From NCBI GenBank assembly GCA_017654855.1, contig CM030332.1:1054001-1118000 (forward strand): a DNA stretch of 64,000 bases, written 5' to 3'. The notes beneath the pieces were generated by a model. The model worked only from the letters and a program-made list of their open reading frames with translations, had not been told where the DNA came from and made no database searches. Below, piece after piece: positions 1 through 14,100 of the stretch. This stretch comes from Podospora anserina (taxonomy: Eukaryota). How positions within the stretch are numbered: position 1 is the stretch's first letter; the number at the start of each line of letters is the position of its first letter. A program made the translations under genes and the position numbers.

Positions 1-3000
1 TTCACACAGCCCTCAACCCCAGCATTGCATTCTCCCGAAATTATGTCTGTTCCTTCGATGCGAAAAAAGGGCACTCGATAGTGCTTAGGAAGTCTAGGCT
101 CGAGGATAGATCAGGGCAATTCCAACATTTGTGCAGGGCATGGCCAACCCTCAATCGCAGGCGACCGTTGACGCCAACAACCCAGCCAAGCCTTCTCAAG
201 ACATTATCATCGTGTGTTCGTCAGGTTCAACGGCCAACAAGCACCAAACTTAAAAATGACGTTGTCGGCTATCCAGCCAGATCATGGACCACATACACGG
301 AGGGCAACATCCTCCCATAGGCCGGTTCTGCCCGCCTCTGTCACAGAGACCACCCGGCAGAACTGTCCCAATCATCACAGGATTTGCCGTCCCGCCAGCA
401 TGGCCCTTCCCCCGTTCCCCACAGGTCGCCCTGAAAGCTCAGAAGTCATGGGACTTGAGCCACGGCGCGTACAATACCAGCCGAACGAAACCACGTTTTC
501 ATTTTTTGAGACTACCTACCTTACCACGACGCCGATTATCACTCTCGTCATCAGTTTCACAACAACTTCTGTTCGTTTCACCCCAAAGCTGATGTCACAC
601 TGTGAAAAGGTTACCGTGGGAGCGTGGCCATCGGCCCGGCAAAGGCTGCTGGATGTTACAAGACGGCATATCTCCAAGACCTTTCTGACATCCAACATAC
701 GTAGTGCAGTCAGGTCCCAACCACTCGGTACCTAATTTGTGGGCTTCGTGAGGCCAAAAATGCCTTGTCCAAATGAAGCAAACACCGCTGTTGGGCGATA
801 CAAATCGGCATGAAAGTCAAAGATGCACTTCATACTTTCGCTAGCAGACCTGGCCGTTTAGGTTGACGGCGAGGACCAACTACCGAGCAGTGAAGACAAG
901 GCGGTGCCTGCATATCATGGTACGAACCACTCGTGATCCTCAGCACCAGAACCACAAGTCTGTGGCGATTGGAAAACGGCAGTTGCGCACCCAACCAAAC
1001 CCCCAAAAACCAGTCACCTTCAACATACGAGGCCATTCCGAACGGGCCAGGGCGGGCCGGACTCATCGACAGGCGGTTTTTAGCCCGCCTCCTGAGTTTG
1101 ACGCCCTCATGCTCTCACGCCCTCCCCGAGCCTCCTTGACCGAGCAATAATTCCCTCTCATTCATACAGCCACCACCAGAGCAGCTGCCTGCATATTGTT
1201 GATTCTTGGTCCCCGAGGCCAAACTCTGGGCAGTCTTCACATTCACCGTCCACAATCTTCTCATCACAACATGTGCTCCCCCAAACCTCGGTCCAAATGT
1301 CAAAATATTGTTTTCCTCCTCGCAAGCCCCTCACAGCTAGCCACACCACGCCTGCGCCCCTGATGTATGGCGACGTACCTTGACGAATCTGGGTGTGGAT
1401 AAGTGCCATCATTTTCTAGGTGAGGTTCTAGAATTCAACTTGTTCAAAGACCAAGAGCCAGGGCTGGACGGCAGCTAACTTGTTCAGAGCAAACCCCGCT
1501 GTCCTCCCCGACCCCAAGAATTTTGATGCGCCTTTGGTGGGTCGCTGACAATGACCGTGGCTCGGTCAACTTTTTGGAGGGGAAAAATGCGATTCTTGTT
1601 GGTGGTGACAGGTGGAGGGGAGGGGCTGGGCCGAGGAGAGTCCGACTCATTGGTTCACCTACCTGATTAGGAAGGTCAGCTAACAGCAGCAGCAAGCCAC
1701 TCGCGACATTCTCTTTTTTAATTATTCTTCACAGGTTCCAAAAAACGCCACTATCATCCGCTCAAGCCATATCTTATCACGATTCCCACTGTTGCATTTT
1801 GCTCAACGGTGGTGAGGTGATGATAGTCCTCCGCGGTGAATGAAGGTGGTGTAATTCCGATCGTCCGGTTTATGTCTTGGGGACAATAAAAGTCAAACAG
1901 ACCGTTGGTGCGCTTGTCATCATGAACCATATGAGGGCACAGAAGTCTTTTTTTTTCTTTTCTGCATGGTTCATACGACACAGTGTTTGGTTACAGTGCG
2001 TGGGGGCTTGGGTTGCGTTGAGACCCCTGAAAACAAAAACACCAACGACAGTGACGGTTACGACGGCATGGGTGATGCATGGCACTTCAACTCAGCACTA
2101 CATACGGTGAGACGATGGGACGGTGGTGGTGGGTTTTTTTTTTCTTCTATTGAAAACTTGCAGTTGGAGCTGATGCAGGAACCGACAGGAACACTCGCAT
2201 TGCAGGTTTGGTAGTTGCATTTGGTAGTGTCTTGACAGTGGAGGCGATTACGGTAAGGGAAAAGAGAGAAAGTTTGGGTGGGTTAATATAGGTCAGACGC
2301 CTGAGAGGGAACTATAGAAATCCGGGTGGGTTTTCCCAAGCGAACTGCTGGTATGTATGGTGTTTAGGTTTGGCTATGGGATGATGGGGACTTGTTGACC
2401 ATGAGGTAGGTTGATCAATCTCAAGTCATCCTACGACCTCTTCGGTCAGTCAACTTAAACAGCGTTAAATCATAATAAACCCCAATACATCACGTTTAAA
2501 TTCCCCTATTTTATTTCAGACTCCTCACACCATCTCATCTATACGACATAGAAACGCTCCCGAAATTCATCATTAACGAGACAACCGCAACTCATTCGCC
2601 GCCAAAGATGAGTATCAACGACAGAAAACTCTCGGAGATATTCTAACTCACCCATGCAAGTGACAACCCCATTCATCACAGTCGTATTCCCAAATGAATA
2701 TAGCCTGAAGAAGAACAATCTTTTGCGCACAGACTGGAACAAACTCCGACACACAGACTGGAAGGGACAGCAGAACAAACACACAGACATCATCATGCCA
2801 GGAGGCTCTTCAAAAGATCTTGGTAATGTATCGCTTCCCGGAATGCCGCGCCTGTTTCCTCCTTCTTGTCCCCGGAGGGGAAGTCTGCAGTTTGATGTTG
2901 ATCATGATACTTAGCCGGGTAGGGTTCTCAAGCTTCACTTTTGTTTCGTGTAGCTTTTTGCGTCTTCTCCCGGGCTCGTTTCTGCTGCAGTTACGATGCA

Positions 3001-3535
3001 TGTCTCCGTCACCGTTGCATCTACTGTATGTATGCTGATGCCCTTCGTTTCCCAGTTTCGGCAGAGGCATTCGCTCGGTATGCATCTACTGCCGGGTAGG
3101 TTTCCACCGTGTTTCGAACCTTTGCTCGAGATAAACACCATCGTCGTCACTTTGCTACAACGTGATGTTCGGTGGCTCGTGGTGGGTGGCTTGGTGTAGT
3201 GTTGCACACCCTCCATCGGTTCTGTTTCGCCCTCTGTAGCAAGTCTGCCCAGGAAGTCTCACCTTCATCCCAACTCTCAAGATGTGTCGTTGCAACCGAC
3301 AACAACATCATCACCACAACCCTCCATTACACAGCCCAGCAGTGATCAACAACCCCAACCCCCTTCCTCCCCATCACCCCGAAAAGAAGAGCCGATCAGC
3401 CGACCATGTATGATATACCTCGCGGTGTTATCGCATATGTATTCTGCAAGGGGTACATCAAACTCCCTCTTCAGTTTAGCAAGTTCAACATGCAATACAA
3501 CATTGGCATTCTTCAGCAACACACTCAACTCCCAA

Positions 3536-3572
3536 CAAAAAAAGCAAAAAAAAAAAAAAAAAAAAAAAAAAA
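3536..3572. repeat. Poly-A tract
   Basis: Near-pure A run in intergenic DNA. Confidence 0.9.
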
Positions 3573-6249
3573 CGGATAAAAGGCAACAACCGTTCCAAAA
3601 AGGCAATTGCTCTCTCAAAACAGACCCCCTGTGATGAATATCACCAAAATGAAAAAAGTCTGAGCGCTGCTGCTCCCAACGATGAGGCTAAAAAAGTGAC
3701 AGATATCAAAGGGGAAAGAAGCAAAACCGAGCGCGACGACACTACGGACGCAAAAAAACACGTGTGGCCCCTGTACCGTCGTCGCGATAATCCAGCGAAA
3801 CCTTGACCCCGAGATTCATCGGTTGGTGAGTCCTGTAGCCGGGAAGGTGAAGCCAGTGAAGTGTGTTCTCGGCGCCTAGATGTCCCATCGGTGGAGTCGC
3901 CCGCTGGTGGACGGACACACGCTACCGGTAGCAGATTCCGTGCCTCTTTTCGATTGATTTATTACGTACTTCGTGTTTGATGAAAACCACCAGAATGTGT
4001 GTGCTGCTTCTTGATAACATTTACTCCGCAGACTTGGCGAGTTTGCTATCGTGCTGTATCATTATCGTCAACTTCGTCTTTTCTAGCATTTTGTCCTGTT
4101 AATGCCCTGCCTCCCAGACCCGACCTCACCTGCCCCATCAGCAGAAAGCTTGTTCCCTCGAGCGCGAAAAAAAAAAAAGCAAAAAGAAACCCTCTCCTAG
4201 CGCCCCGTCGCGATGAAGCACGCCGTCCAACGCCCTTCGCCCCGCAATCTTTCCGGATCCGAGAACGGGCACTGCTGCTGCTCGCTAGCTTAGGGTCAAC
4301 GGCCGATATTGCGGCATGGGGTAGGTAAGCTACCCTAACGATGTTCGGCTCATGGTCCGACGACACTGGCCTTGTGGACGCCGAGAAAAACCCCAAGCAG
4401 GGGGCAGGCACTCCTGTTGAGAAGAGGGGTTCATCATCTGAGACCGACGAAAAGGGCTCCATGTGAAAAGCATGTGAGCCAGGATGTATCTCGCCAGATC
4501 GTAGATTGATCAACGATAAAATTGCGCAAGGCAAGTTCAAAAACCCACCCGGCGAATGTTTCGAATGATCAGCAAGAGACTCCAGTTCTCACGATCCTGT
4601 CCGTGAACATGGAGCCCATATGGCGTGGTGTTGTATTACAAAGGGGTGCGCCCGCGCTTTGACAGGTGGGGAGGGAGGCAAACGTGTGGAGGGTTGGGCC
4701 GAGAACACTACTCGTCGCGGACATTTGTTGCTGCTGCCTCGTGAGGCTACCTGTCGCCATCTAGGACTGGAAAGACTGTCCGGTTCGCGTGGTATCCTGG
4801 GGCTTATTGTTGCAGGACAAATTGGGTGTGTCGTGTATTACTTTCGGTCCGGTTCCGCAGCCCCGGGAAAGGGAGTGAGCCAGCCGGCTTCTGTCCGTCA
4901 GTGACAAGAGAACCAACCTGTCTCCGAACATGGCTGCGGTAGCATTATAGGTGACCACCGTATTCTGCGAGTCTGTGGTGAAGAGCAGTCCTTTCGTGCG
5001 AGAATGGCCCGCAGTGATCCAAGGCATTGCGACGTTGAAGAATTGCGGATGCCACATCCGAACAATGGGAAAATCTCTCCCCAAATGAGACCACTTACCT
5101 GGCAAGGGCCTCCTGATTCGATCTCGCGATGGACCAAAACAGATGGTGAACGGTCGATCATGGGCGGCTCCAGATCCGGTTTGGTACCTATCTTGTTAGT
5201 GAACGGCATGATAACGACATGCCGCCTTGTGCCTCAAATCAACCGGTATCAAGGCTGAACGAAGCCTCAGTAAGGGATGACAAGCAGGACGATGGGTCTT
5301 GAATACTCCTGAGTGGTACCATGGTTCTCACTTTTCGGGTTTCTGCGTCCCCTGGCTCCGCCAAGGGGCTCTCAATCCGAACGGTTGGGTCCCCCGGCAG
5401 CGGATGTCTTTCCATGTTGATGCTGTCCCGACGGTCAGCAAATCCTCTCCCCAGTACGGGTTCGTAGAAAAGCGGGGTGAAGCCAACTGGCAAGAAAACT
5501 CTGAGGCGCGAAGGATTTAGATTGGACGGCTTCTTTAATGACAGGATGGCTGGTCTGTCCTTGATGGCAGCGAGGGTGAGAAGAAGATTGAAATCAAGGT
5601 TGGTCAAGGGCGCTGGAGAATTAAAAGCAAAACCAAGGAAAGTACGGTAGGTATCTAGGCGTGTTACTAATGGTGGATTTCTTGAGTTGAGGGAAGGAAT
5701 GACTTGACCAAGGACACCATGGACGACTAATACACAACAACGTAAACTTCCTAACCCTTAGCTACGTTATAGACTATGTTCCTCATGAAGTGTGAAATAA
5801 ACTGTGCCACCAGCAGGAAGGAAAAGGCTGACGCAGTGACCCAGAGGCGGCTCAGGGGCAACCACACATCACACAAGACACACGAGTTCTGAATGTTCAT
5901 GATTTGCATTTCCCAGGAGTTGATCCCAAACCAGAAATAACAAAACAAAAATGTCCCCCACACTGAATGAATGGCCGGGGTAGAGCCCATGTGCCAGAAT
6001 CAAAATGCCAAAAGCGCCTCCCTCCTTTCCTTCCTTTGTTTCCACCAGGTATCATTGTCTACTGTTGATCGACCAAGGAAAAATGATTAGAGCCTACACT
6101 CACCAATCTCCACTTTGACATTGACCTGGTAGAACCATTTCCAATCCTCCTTTTGTTATGATGTATGCTTATGCCCACCAGACCATGATGCTATAGACTT
6201 GAAAGAAAAAAACTACAGTTTAAAAACGCCCATGATGATGCCGAGTGTT

Positions 6250-8449
6250 TTACCCCTGGGCGTCAACAAAGACGTCATCTTGTGAGTCTTCTGTGTCGGC
6301 TCGCTTGGGATTCGCAGGCAAGGCCTTCTTCATGTCGTCGTGGAAGTCAATTAGCGGCCCGGCCTTAGCCTTGTCGCCTGTTGCAGCCAACATTGTCTGA
6401 ATCTCTGCTGTACTGCGATGGTTGGGGTCCAAGGGAGGCTTCTCCCCTTGAATTTGTTCCAATGAAACACTGCTTGCTTTCGTGGACATAGAATCTTCCG
6501 AAATCTTGGTTGGTAGGGTCGGGGTCAGGGCCGGTGCTCTGCTGTCATCGGCTGATGGTCCGTCATTGTTGAGATTGATGAGATTGCTGTCATTGCTGTG
6601 GGCTGTCTGAGGGCGTGACTCAGAAAATGATGCTCTTGGTGGTATCACGATCCTTTTCTCACATTTTTGGCCTGGGATGATTGGATAGATGGCCATGATC
6701 TGGGCCGCCTGCTTCTCTGGTGTCTTTCCGTCTCTGTACACAGTTGTTAGCTTGTGCCCTCAAATTGACCGACGATGGCGTCAAACATTTGAGCATTGAT
6801 AATCCACTCGAGATCTTCCTCGCCTTCCTCGGATCCGCCAGGACCGCCTCTAACTCTCCTAAACAGTCTGGGGTGCCATTCGACACCCTCATTTGCTCTC
6901 AAAGCAGCCTCTTCGCGCTGGGTCTCCTCGATTTTCGTCTTTTCGTCGGTTGCCAGCTCATGGTTACGTTCTTTGACTGCTTGGGCAGTCTTAGCCCACA
7001 GCCTTTGAGATTCTCGTTCTTCTTGTTCCTCAAGCGGTCGGCTCAGAGGGGGACTATGCTTTGACTTCGTGGCGTTGAAGAACATCTCCTTGTGGCCAGT
7101 CTGTAGGGTTTTAGCATTGTGCATCATAGCGGCGCTCAAAATCACGTACCTTGACGTTTCTGAGAAACATCTCTTCGCTCCACAGTCCTGAAAGCTCATA
7201 GAGCACCTCGCCCGTTTCCTCATTTTTCACCGTTCCACCAATGGCATTATACGTGCCGCTGACCCAGCCCTTGGTCTTGAACTCAATGTCGGCAACAAGG
7301 CCGGTCTCTGGACATCTCACATAACTGTGATCTCCCAGCTCATATTTCATTTTACCAAAGAGAATACCTCTTGCGTACATGTTCGGCTGGGTGAGGATGC
7401 TAAATAGTCGAATTGTGTAAGTGCATTGTGCGAAGCTGCAGCAGTGCCGGAACATAGGGTGCATATGCTTACTATCTTTCTCCCTTGGTAGGATCCTTGC
7501 CGCGATTTTGGAGGGTCAAGATGGCAATGCCTTCCATCATGCTAGCGGCGGAGTTACCCAGGAATTTGCTCCTGGGTTTTAGCGTCCCATCCACCCGAAT
7601 GTGGTGACCAGGTACCATATAAAAGTAGCTCGACTTTGGAGGATGGTGAGAGGTTTGCTCAGAAATGTAGTACGCTCTGGTGTTGTCGGGGAAGTCCCAG
7701 TAGCACGAGAAAATCTCGCCCAGAATGGGATTCAAAGGCTTCTTGACACCACTAAACAGGCGGGTTAGTAAACAGGCATGACTGGTTAGATATCAAAGGG
7801 ACTCACGGAGGGCGAATGTGCCAGCCGCTCAGGTAGAATTTGACAACGCCTAAAAATCTTTCGACCGGATCTTCAATCTGAGGAATCGGCAGCAGCATTT
7901 CGGGATGGCACATAAAGCTATAGCGGTTGTCAGCTTCAGTCCTCCTCTCTGTTCCTTTGAGTAGCGGAGGCAGGCGTACTTTGTGATCCTTTCCAGCATG
8001 GAACGGGGCTCCAAGATGAAGGTAGGCAGAACGACTCTACTCAGATCGGCACCAGGTCTCAACTGGGATATGATGTGGGAAAGGACTGGATACCGGTGTC
8101 AGTAGGCGTATATGACCGGATAGCCCTGGAGTGGGTGACAGACCGTTGCCCTGATCGGGCTCGACTACGAGGGTATCATCTTCGATAGGGTCTGATCCGT
8201 CGACAGAGGATCCTCGGCTGCCTACGAAGAAGCGGCATGTTAGCAACAAATATGGTCATATATGATCCCGGATGTCCAGTCTCTTGCCTCCCTTGGTGAT
8301 GCTGTCGGTGCGCCGGTGATGAACTTCAACTGGCTCGCCGTCTACATGATGCATCTGCTCAAAATAGGCTCTTGACAAAGTGGAATCGCATGCGACTCAC
8401 TAGCATTAGAGGTTGCCCTTCGGCGCCCGGAGACGAGTCCCATGACCAT
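6250..8449 (-). CDS. OSH7: Oxysterol-binding protein, Osh6/Osh7 (ORP5/8-like) subfamily; 8 exons
   Basis: Spliced model from ATG 8449 (or 8443). Introns: 8222-8400, 8086-8143, 7918-7979, 7752-7806, 7400-7472, 7101-7149 and 6734-6786, all GT..AG with frame preserved. Protein motifs: [40 protein letters not shown], the OSBP signature EQTSHHPP, and KTKIEETQR. Osh6 versus Osh7 cannot be resolved. Confidence 0.93.
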
Positions 8450-11102
8450 AGTTTCAGACTTCTGTTTCCTTTCGACTTCACCACTACTCGCGGCCTTTTC
8501 GGCAGAAAAATGTTGAGGAAAATAAAGAAAAGTGGAGATTTGGAGGGTAGGATGCACGATGGAGGGTCGGAAGAGTTGTGAGTATCTTGTACTCGGCACG
8601 GTATTGCTGCGCTATGGTGTTGCGAAGCCAGGAGAAGGTCGAATTCTGGTGCCTAGAGGCTTCGCAAGAGGAAACAGAAAAAATTACGTCGTTGATCTCT
8701 TCACAGGCAACACCAGGCTCCGGATGACGAGCGGGATTCGCAGCTGCCAGAACGGCCGGGGCGGGGCAGGGAGCTGGGTGGAGGGTCTGGACCAGGGGAG
8801 CAATGACGTGGGGTCCTTGTCAACAGGCGCCTTTTACATCATTTGTTGGGCAACAGATTTGATGGACATCAAAGACACTCAGTACATCAAGCGCGGTGAG
8901 AGGCCGGCAACGCCTAGACGACACCTCATGCGCCCCAAGACCACGAGGCCTTTCCAAAGAGGGCAGCTGGAAAGATGATTCCGAATATGTGCCCTCTTTT
9001 ACACCATAAAGCATCTGCAAGTGCTCTTCTAAATGTCTTGGATCGAAGACTTTGGAAGAGATTCTTCTTCCATGCCATGCTACCCACGTGGTGGGGGTGA
9101 GGGACGGAAGAGGGGTTCAGTCCGACCCCGCAGGAAGTCGCTGTTCTTTGTGCCGCCACCGTCATGACAGCTGTAGCGGCGGCATTCGAACACATGCGCC
9201 GGCGTACCCGTCAACGGGAACGATCAAGATCGGTGATGGCGGAGTTGAAGTGGATTCTTATCGGTCTACGGTGCACCCATGATCCGGCAAGGTCGACCCG
9301 GGGACTACAACTAGTTACCGCAGCTCATGGTATCGTGCAACCCTAACCCTCACGATACTGGCCCAGGCTTGAATTCATATCTTTGTGCATGTCTCATCGA
9401 AAGACGAAGATGCATATATATACTGTAACCAGGGTATCTATTCGTGTAGCGCCAGCACTTACATATATAGCAGGCATAACATCTGAGGGTACGTGTTTTT
9501 AGATCATTCTTCCTGCCATGGTCGTCAACTATCTCGATTCCTCGCTCAATCTCACCAGTCACAACAGATGTGTAGGGCTCAGTCTGGAAACCGATGTCAC
9601 TGAGGTTATAGATGGAAGCATCGACTGACATGAATCACAGCACCGGTTGAGGTTGCACAACACATAGGAATTCCAGATACCGCCTTGGTCCAGACTCGCC
9701 CAACTGCCTAGGCGGCCGAATGGTGGTCTGGGGACCTGAAGCCCATGCCTGTGGGCTAGTGCAAAACTTCAGATGGTTCCTCACCATGTTGAAAATGAAG
9801 GGATCATTGATAATTACTGCATCAGCCGAGCAGGTCGAGACATGATTTTCAAGCAGGAGATAAACCAGTTCTTTCTAGACATCAATATCATCACAGGTTA
9901 GGTAGTACAGGTACGCCCTGCCCCTTCCTTACCTTGATTACGGATGATGAACCCTTCTTTTGACGTTGAATTCCTGGAGCCGCAGATCGACATGGATAGA
10001 CGGCCCCCAGTGCCGTTTCAGGCGTGGGCACGCTAAAAGCCATCGATACCGCTGCTTGGCCGTCTTGCAGCATGCCCGGTCCAGGTTCCGGGCAGGGCAG
10101 GGCAGTACGACACCAGCACACAAAACCCCCAAAATATCATCTCGTGAAGATCAAGTTCAGCTGCACGCTTAATGCACCGTTACATCAGGGCCTTAGTATA
10201 CGATTCCACGCTGCCTTCGTATTGATGAAGTCTTTTATCAAGGGAACCCAGCCAACCAGGTGCTTGCTTGGCCGACGAAACAGCCAATGGATGCCCAAGT
10301 CACGAACGTGGAGACTGGAGGGGACTACTGCAGCGGGAAGATGGGCCCGTTCTCGACCCTGAAACATTGAGCCATCTCCAGCCAGCTTCACCTCGAGATC
10401 TTCAGCAGACAGAAATGGGGGTGGACCGGCCAGGACATAACAAGACAAAGACATGGAAAAAAGAGTGTGACGAGAGGGTAAGCTTCCCTCCCTTCTGCAA
10501 TTGCTTGCCTGCTTCGTTGGCCAGCTCGCAAAGGAGTAGTAACACACGAGTCCGGACTTTTGAGGCGCGGGCATTGGATTTCCATTCTCTCAAGACGCAG
10601 TTCAGGTGCATCCACTGCTGAGCGGCTGTCTCCCAGTTTAGGAAGTAATTCCCTTGCATCACTGGCGGTATGGTACCTCGCTGGACAGCCCTGGTGCCCC
10701 GCATTACCCGCTAACATCAACCCTCGCAGCAGCAAGGTTTCCCGCACGTCCAGTTCATCCCAGGCCCGCACCACACACCACGGGTCCACGAACCACCACA
10801 ACTTTGTCTCATTTTTCCCATTGAACATAAAACTTGTCCTCTCTCACACCATTCTCCCCGAACCCGGCTGCCCGATCCGTCACCTCTGGGCTCGATCGAG
10901 CCACATGCCCACCCACGAAGCCCATACGAAAGGGTCCAGTCGGCAGCTCCACAATACATTGTTGGGCTGCCAGAGCATCGACGACGAGCACATGCCCGCC
11001 TTCCGTTCCGGTCGTGGAAGCCAGCTTGCCAGTACGACCGGCAATTTCCTGCCCACACGCAGCAGCAACAACGACTGGACAACGTGAACGAGTACAAGCT
11101 CA

Positions 11103-14100
11103 ATGATGGAGAACGAACCCCCCGCCATTTCTGTGCAGGATGATGGCAAGGGATCAAAAAGGGGTCGAATTATGGGGAAGCTCTTTGGACGCGACCGAGA
11201 TCGAGACCGAAAGGGGTCACAGGGTGCCGCTGATTCTCGTGACCTAAACGACTTCTTCCATGGTCCTGGCGACACATTACAAGTCACCCATGCGGCACCT
11301 CCCATGCTCGCGAAACTCGACACCAAGAGCATTTCGCGATACACCAATGCGCTTCAGGTTCAGGGGACCGGAAGCAACAACTCGCAACAATCCCTTTCCA
11401 TACGATCCCAAAATGGTAGTCCCAAGAAAAGCAAATCTAACAGAAGGGGATTGGTTCTTAGATTTGCAGAAACACCCCCTGAGGTTATGGGCGAGGGTGG
11501 TGACATCTGCGAAGTACCAACCATCGAGATCTCGAAACGTCGCAGAGCAAGGCCGCCACCTTCTCCGATTCCTCCTCGTCATACCGATCTCGGTAACAGT
11601 CCAAGATTGCCGATCCGAGAAGCTCAACCAAGCCCGGGGACGTTTGACCCAGCACCTCTCCGACGCACCCAGACAGGTTTCTCCACGACCTCGGATTCCC
11701 CCGACTCAGATATGTCTGCTTCGAGAAACCCATCCGCTCGGCTCCTGGCAAATCCCATGGTGGATCATGACGAGAGGCGGAGGTCATTCATAGAAATTCA
11801 GCAGGCTGAAATGCGGGAAGCCGAAGGACAGGCGTTTGTCAAGGCGGTTAGAGCTGCTTCTGGTGACAAGTCCAAGTGGGACGAAGCAGAGGCTGCACCA
11901 CCTACACCACCAGAGCCAGAGCCCGGATCGGCCATGACTGCGTCACCAGAGCCCATTCAAACACCCCGATTCCCACCACAGCCGTCGCCAAACCCTCCAA
12001 CCTCAGCACCACCGCCAATTCCAGCCAAAAGACAACGACCTCATCCATCTCCTATTCCGCCACCACCGCCAGAGCATGCCCCACCGCCATACACACCGTC
12101 AATGCCACAAACAAACTCGCCAGAGAGACTAAAACATGCAGCAAGACAACATGCGCATAGTCCTGTGTCCGCAGTCTCGGCAATCTCAGCAGCCTCGAGC
12201 TTCCATCATCCATTTGCAGCGAGGCAAGGAAGCAAATTGGGAGATCACGCGTTGCCAGTCACTCCTCTAATGGGGGGCTCTAGCTTCCAAGATGTTGTGT
12301 CAGCAGCAGCCGACGATGCCATGAACACGTTTGTGGAGCGCACTCGTCACCTCTTTGAACTGTTCCGGTTACACGCAGAAAGTGTACGGCCATTGCTCGC
12401 CTGTACGCCGAATGAACTCGCCAGGGCGTCTCTTTGGTGGTTTTTGACTGGTAGAATGGCCCTTGAGAATGCCATTCGAGACCGACCCTCGACCCCGGAA
12501 TCTCAGATGAAGAATGAAATCTGTAAACAACAGGCTTATACCGACTTGGCGAAGGGATACTGGCTGTTGGAGGAAATCATGCCTGAGATTGTCAACAGCG
12601 GGCGTAGTCCAGTTGACAGGGAAGCGGAGGACGTGCGTGCCACTCTTGCGTCGAGCCTTCGGAAGCTGTCGGTGTCAATGAAGCGAAATGGTTTCCTGCC
12701 GCCAGAAGAGCCCTTTCTACCACAAACCCTCGATCGAACCATTTGGTTGGAATATCCTCAGTTGCCAGGCGATCTCAAGTCCATGCTTTGGGGGTCATCC
12801 AGCTTGGCTCTCTCACAAAATCAGCTGGCCAGCTCTGGCATGAGCATCCTTGAAACGCTACCACTGGGCGACTCTCCCTCTGCATTCTGCTTTGGCCGGT
12901 TCCAAGTCAGTCTCTTCTTGATGGAGAAAGGACGAGAAGCGCAGCGCATTCATCTGCCATGTTTCATATCGATTGTCAGACCCCAATCGCAGCCTGATAT
13001 TCTGTTTGTGGCCGCAAGCCAGAATGGAGCTGTTCAGCTACGGATCTCTGGCAACAAGAGCACCGGACCGGTATGGGAAGATGTTCGTTGGCGTTCAGAC
13101 AGCTGCACTTTGGAAGTCGCCATGCCACGAGGCTTTATTGTTATGATACAGTGCTCTCAACCAGCCTTCCAGACCCTGCGAAGCATGTACGAGTTCAGTA
13201 ACAAAGTACATTCCACCCTGTACCCGAAGCAAGACGAAGCTTGCGTCTTCAGATCAACCCTCCGGTCTTTTCAGTACTTCGATAACGACCCGCAGGCCAG
13301 ACAGTTTCCGAAAGAGCCGGCTCCAAACTGCGAGATTGCCATGTTTGAGAGGTTGCATAAAGAAGGCGCGGCAACCGGTCCTCGCACATATCACAGAGGT
13401 TTCCGGATAGCAGTCATCACAGGTCCAAGGACGAAGACTCTCAGTGGCGTCAACCAGCTGTACAGCCCTGAGGCACCTATTCGGTTTGGATTCTTACGCA
13501 GCGACAACAACGAGCCCTCGCTTTCCCTGCGTTTCGAGAATGGTCGTCTTAAAGGGAGCATGGTCATGTCTTTTGCTGACGAAAAGGAAAGAGTCCGGAT
13601 GCACACACTACTCATTGGGACTGCACTGCATCGGGAGGAGTCGATATTCTGCGAGTCTCCGCTGAAGGGAGCTTGGATCTCGGAGAGGTTTGGCGATTCT
13701 CAAGATGGAGGACTAACGGCACTTTCCAACCTCAACTGGAACAAAGTCAGGGTCATCAACCAGGACACAGACGGTGACCGGGCTGCGCACTGTGTGTTGT
13801 CTGATAAGCTGCGGGTCATCTTTGAGTTCAAGGACGGAACGATGACTGATCGGATTAACGTCGCGCCAGGGGAGCTTAAGATGCGCCTTGACGTACAGAA
13901 TCCGAGCTGTATGATGGTCTTCCGTCAACCGCAGGCGGACATTACGCTCGCCGTGACAGAGGCGAATGTCTCCTCTGAATCGGCCCAACGGCTGGCCAGG
14001 GCTCTGGATACCATCAAGCAAAGGCCAACCATCAGAACCATCATGTTTCCAAAGATGGAAGACCTACACACCTTTGAGATGGCTATCACTGGGTTCAAGG

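Noticed and set aside
3625-3715. Box C/D snoRNA-like pattern (GTGATGA ... CTGA ... CGATGA, with CCCCT/AGGGG ends)
   Set aside because: No terminal CTGA D box and no recognisable rRNA-complementary guide; a snoscan or Infernal search would be needed.
8975-9346. Plus-strand frame MIPNMCPLL...WWG*GTEEGF...HGIVQP interrupted by one TGA
   Set aside because: No known motif, no readthrough context, and it lies in the divergent promoter region between OSH and the hypothetical gene.
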